A stretch of DNA of 63,563 nt, counting the filler, from Candidatus Fermentibacterota bacterium (GTDB taxonomy: Bacteria > JAFGKV01), in NCBI GenBank assembly GCA_016928395.1. It is 5 parts of 5 records of this genome, joined end to end, with 100 filler letters (N's around TTAATTAATTAA, not from the genome) between each part and the next. Parts side by side here need not be neighbours in the genome. Positions count along the whole stretch, not along the records: positions 59,894 to 63,563 come from JAFGKV010000151.1; 4 more parts are not named here. One strand, 5' to 3'. Shown piece after piece: positions 61,801 to 63,563 of this stretch. Within the stretch, counting starts at the first letter, position 1. Every line of letters begins with the position of its first letter. The position numbers were made by a program, and so were the translations under genes. The notes below the pieces were generated by a model. That model was not told the DNA's origin. It made no database searches and saw only the letters and a program-made list of their open reading frames with translations.

Positions 61801-62184
61801 TCAGATCCAAAGAATCGGTACATCGTAAGGAGCCATCTTCCGATCGTGGGTCACCAACGCCAATCCCTCGAGTTGCGCCTGGGCCACAAGCATGCGGTCG
61901 AATGGATCGCTGTGATGGGGAGGCAGGTTCGCGGCGGCTTCTGCGTGAGAGAACCCGATGGACAGTTGCTCGAATCCGCATTCTCGCACCCCCGCTTCAA
62001 GCGAATCCGGCAGCGAGAGCCTCCCGATGGCCGCTTTGATGGCCGCTTCCCATGCCGACGCCGCACTCACAAACACGAGAGCAGCCCGTGAGATCGTGGA
62101 TCTCGTCGTGGTGCCGATCCGTGGGTCGCCCGAGAGCCACCACAGGAACACGTGGGTGTCGAGAAGAAGTTTGTCAGTCCTCAC
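61801..62184 (-). CDS. vapC: VapC-family PIN toxin
   Basis: LLLDTHVFLWW, VSAASAWE..IK, HSDPFDRMLVAQA, LVTHD. Confidence 0.93.
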   Translation of the reverse strand: MRTDKLLLDTHVFLWWLSGDPRIGTTTRSTISRAALVFVSAASAWEAAIKAAIGRLSLPDSLEAGVRECGFEQLSIGFSHAEAAANLPPHHSDPFDRMLVAQAQLEGLALVTHDRKMAPYDVPILWI

Positions 62185-62428
62185 GGATGCGCATCTCGAG
62201 GGAGGCTTGAAGCTCCTCCGGCAGCGGATCATCGAAGTCCTCGGCGATCCGCATCCGACCCTTCCAAGCTCCCGGCTTTCGAGTCTTCCCATGACCTCCG
62301 AATCGCACGAGCTTCGCCAAGGGCTTTCCCGCCTTGGCGATAATGATCTCCTCGCCCGATGCGGCCCGATCCACGAGCTTGGACAGCGCGGTTTTGGCGT
62401 CATAGAGGTTCATCACTGTTTCCGCCAT
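62174..62428 (-). CDS. Phd/YefM-family antitoxin
   Basis: NLYDAKTALSKLVDRAASGEEIIIAKAGKPLAKLV..IAEDFDDPLP; AGGAGG RBS. Confidence 0.93.
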   Translation of the reverse strand: MAETVMNLYDAKTALSKLVDRAASGEEIIIAKAGKPLAKLVRFGGHGKTRKPGAWKGRMRIAEDFDDPLPEELQASLEMRIRED

Positions 62429-62450
62429 GGAATCCCACCTCCTATGGTGT

Positions 62451-62466
62451 TGGTCAACCTTGACCA
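62451..62466. promoter_or_regulatory. TA operator palindrome
   Basis: TGGTCAA-CC-TTGACCA just upstream of the antitoxin. Confidence 0.65.
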
Positions 62467-62523
62467 TAAGGTATCAACCCGCCCCATCTTCGTCAACGAA
62501 CTTCACGTCACCGGCAGTCTTTC

Positions 62524-62947
62524 GTGGGAACGACCACCCTGGTCGCCCGAGACCGGGAGGGCACAGGTCCCTCCCCTACGGACGGAACAACCGACGTCAA
62601 CCCAACCCCGTAGGGGCGACCGCCTCTGGTCGCCCGAAACCGGGAGGGCAGAGACGCCCTCCCCTACGAACCGACGTCAACCCAACCCCGTAGGGGCGAC
62701 CGCCTCTGGTCGCCCGAGACCGGGAGGGCACAGACGCCCTCCCCTACGAACGGAACAACAACGGGAGGGCACGGGTCCCTCCCCTACGAACCGATGTCAA
62801 CCCAACCCCGTAGGGGCGACCGCCTCTGGTCGCCCGAAACCACGAGAGGGCACAGGTCCCTCCCCTACGAACCGACGTCAACCCAACCCCGTAGGGGCGA
62901 CCGCCTCTGGTCGCCCGAGACCGGGAGGGCACAGGTCCCTCCCCTAC
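62524..62947. repeat. Tandem array of alternating, oppositely oriented GTAG-type REP palindromes (BIME/REPIN-like, ~80-bp unit)
   Basis: GTAGGGGCGACCGCCTCTGGTCGCCC at 62610, 62690, 62810, 62891 (degenerate at 62524); six GGGCAC..CCCTCCCCTAC-type copies. Confidence 0.9.
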
Positions 62948-63563
62948 GGGCAATGCGGCAGGACCGCTCCGATGTGCTCCCAGAAGCGGCCGGTCAGGGT
63001 GGCCGTGAGGCGGTAGGCGGAAACCGCCCCTGCCATGGCGCAGGCGTTCTCGAAGAGCCGGGCCCGAAGATCCTGGGCAACCACGGGGTCCAGGCGAGAC
63101 AAGACCGTGGAGAGAAGCTGCTGCTGGGCGTCGAACAGCATGGCCAGCATTTGGTGCGGGGCCAGGGGCTCAACGTGATCGACGTTCCCTTGTTCCAGGA
63201 AGAACACCGCACTCAGCGGCGCCGATCGACAGCAGAGCCACGTTCTGGATGACTTCGACTCCAGATACTCGCTGAAAGTCGGGAAGGGGTGTGCCGCATA
63301 CTGCCCCGGGCCGTGCTGGACAACCAGGGCATAGTCGTCGCAAAGGGGCTCCCACGGAGGCGGCAACCTTCGATAGCAGGTTGATTTCCCCATGCCTGCG
63401 GGCGCGGCGATGAGCACGCCTCGGCCTTGGTGCGCCGCCAGGGTCGCATGAAACGGGCCTCCACCGGCTGCAATGGCCTGGAACTGGATGGACCGAAGCG
63501 CGGTCCACATCGCGATGACGCGGATCTCTGGATGCTCCAGAAGCCCCGGATCAACCTCGACCA
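62944..63563 (-). CDS. scmC: SynChlorMet cassette protein ScmC-like (HPr-kinase-like P-loop), 5' truncated by window end
   Basis: GGPFHA..GVLIAAPAGMGKSTCYRRLPPPW..LCDD..AHPFPTFSEYL..AVFFLEQ..LFENAC..TGRFWEHI; frame open to the window edge. Confidence 0.75.
   Translation of the reverse strand, partial: VEVDPGLLEHPEIRVIAMWTALRSIQFQAIAAGGGPFHATLAAHQGRGVLIAAPAGMGKSTCYRRLPPPWEPLCDDYALVVQHGPGQYAAHPFPTFSEYLESKSSRTWLCCRSAPLSAVFFLEQGNVDHVEPLAPHQMLAMLFDAQQQLLSTVLSRLDPVVAQDLRARLFENACAMAGAVSAYRLTATLTGRFWEHIGAVLPHCP

Noticed and set aside
62524-62947. Possible second CRISPR array
   Set aside because: Intervening sequences are near-identical rather than unique spacers, and the units are GTAG-type palindromes
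61958-63016. 352-aa plus-strand ORF with peptide repeats
   Set aside because: Antisense to vapC/antitoxin and read through the REP array

Overview
GC-rich bacterial DNA, probably an FCB-superphylum MAG (inferred from an FlgD/T9SS-type C-terminal domain, a TonB receptor and BACON lipoproteins). It is five contigs joined by artificial 100-nt N/TTAATTAATTAA/N linkers, so gene adjacency across linkers is meaningless. Contig 1 (1-8582): tRNA-Lys followed by a complete type I-C CRISPR-Cas operon and the start of its array. Contig 2 (8683-40278): housekeeping and envelope genes (IolM-like dehydrogenase, RlmI, Fbp, PTS-IIA/antiporter, KamA-like radical SAM, CopA, TamA/TamB, two CNNM proteins, M23 peptidase, PAP2, TonB receptor, PutP, ankyrin, MocR). 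Contig 3 (40379-49492) holds the best candidate for an undescribed system: an ECF sigma factor, a soluble zinc anti-sigma carrying an internal ssrA-like ALAA motif, and a single-pass membrane protein with a Lon-type Ser-Lys protease domain and an FG-GAP-like C-terminal domain, followed by a secreted LVIVD protein. It looks like a transmembrane-receptor analogue of the CalpL/CalpT/CalpS cascade. Contigs 3-5 also carry TA-like and ATPase accessory genes, decayed gene remnants, a TPR-GGDEF cyclase, sat-cysC and scmC. Intergenic DNA contains several recurring repeat families: GTAG-type REPs, a modular ~270-bp element, covarying hairpins, hepta/octamer tandems and a promoter-bearing 87-bp repeat. 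All family assignments come from motif recognition by eye; no database search was run.
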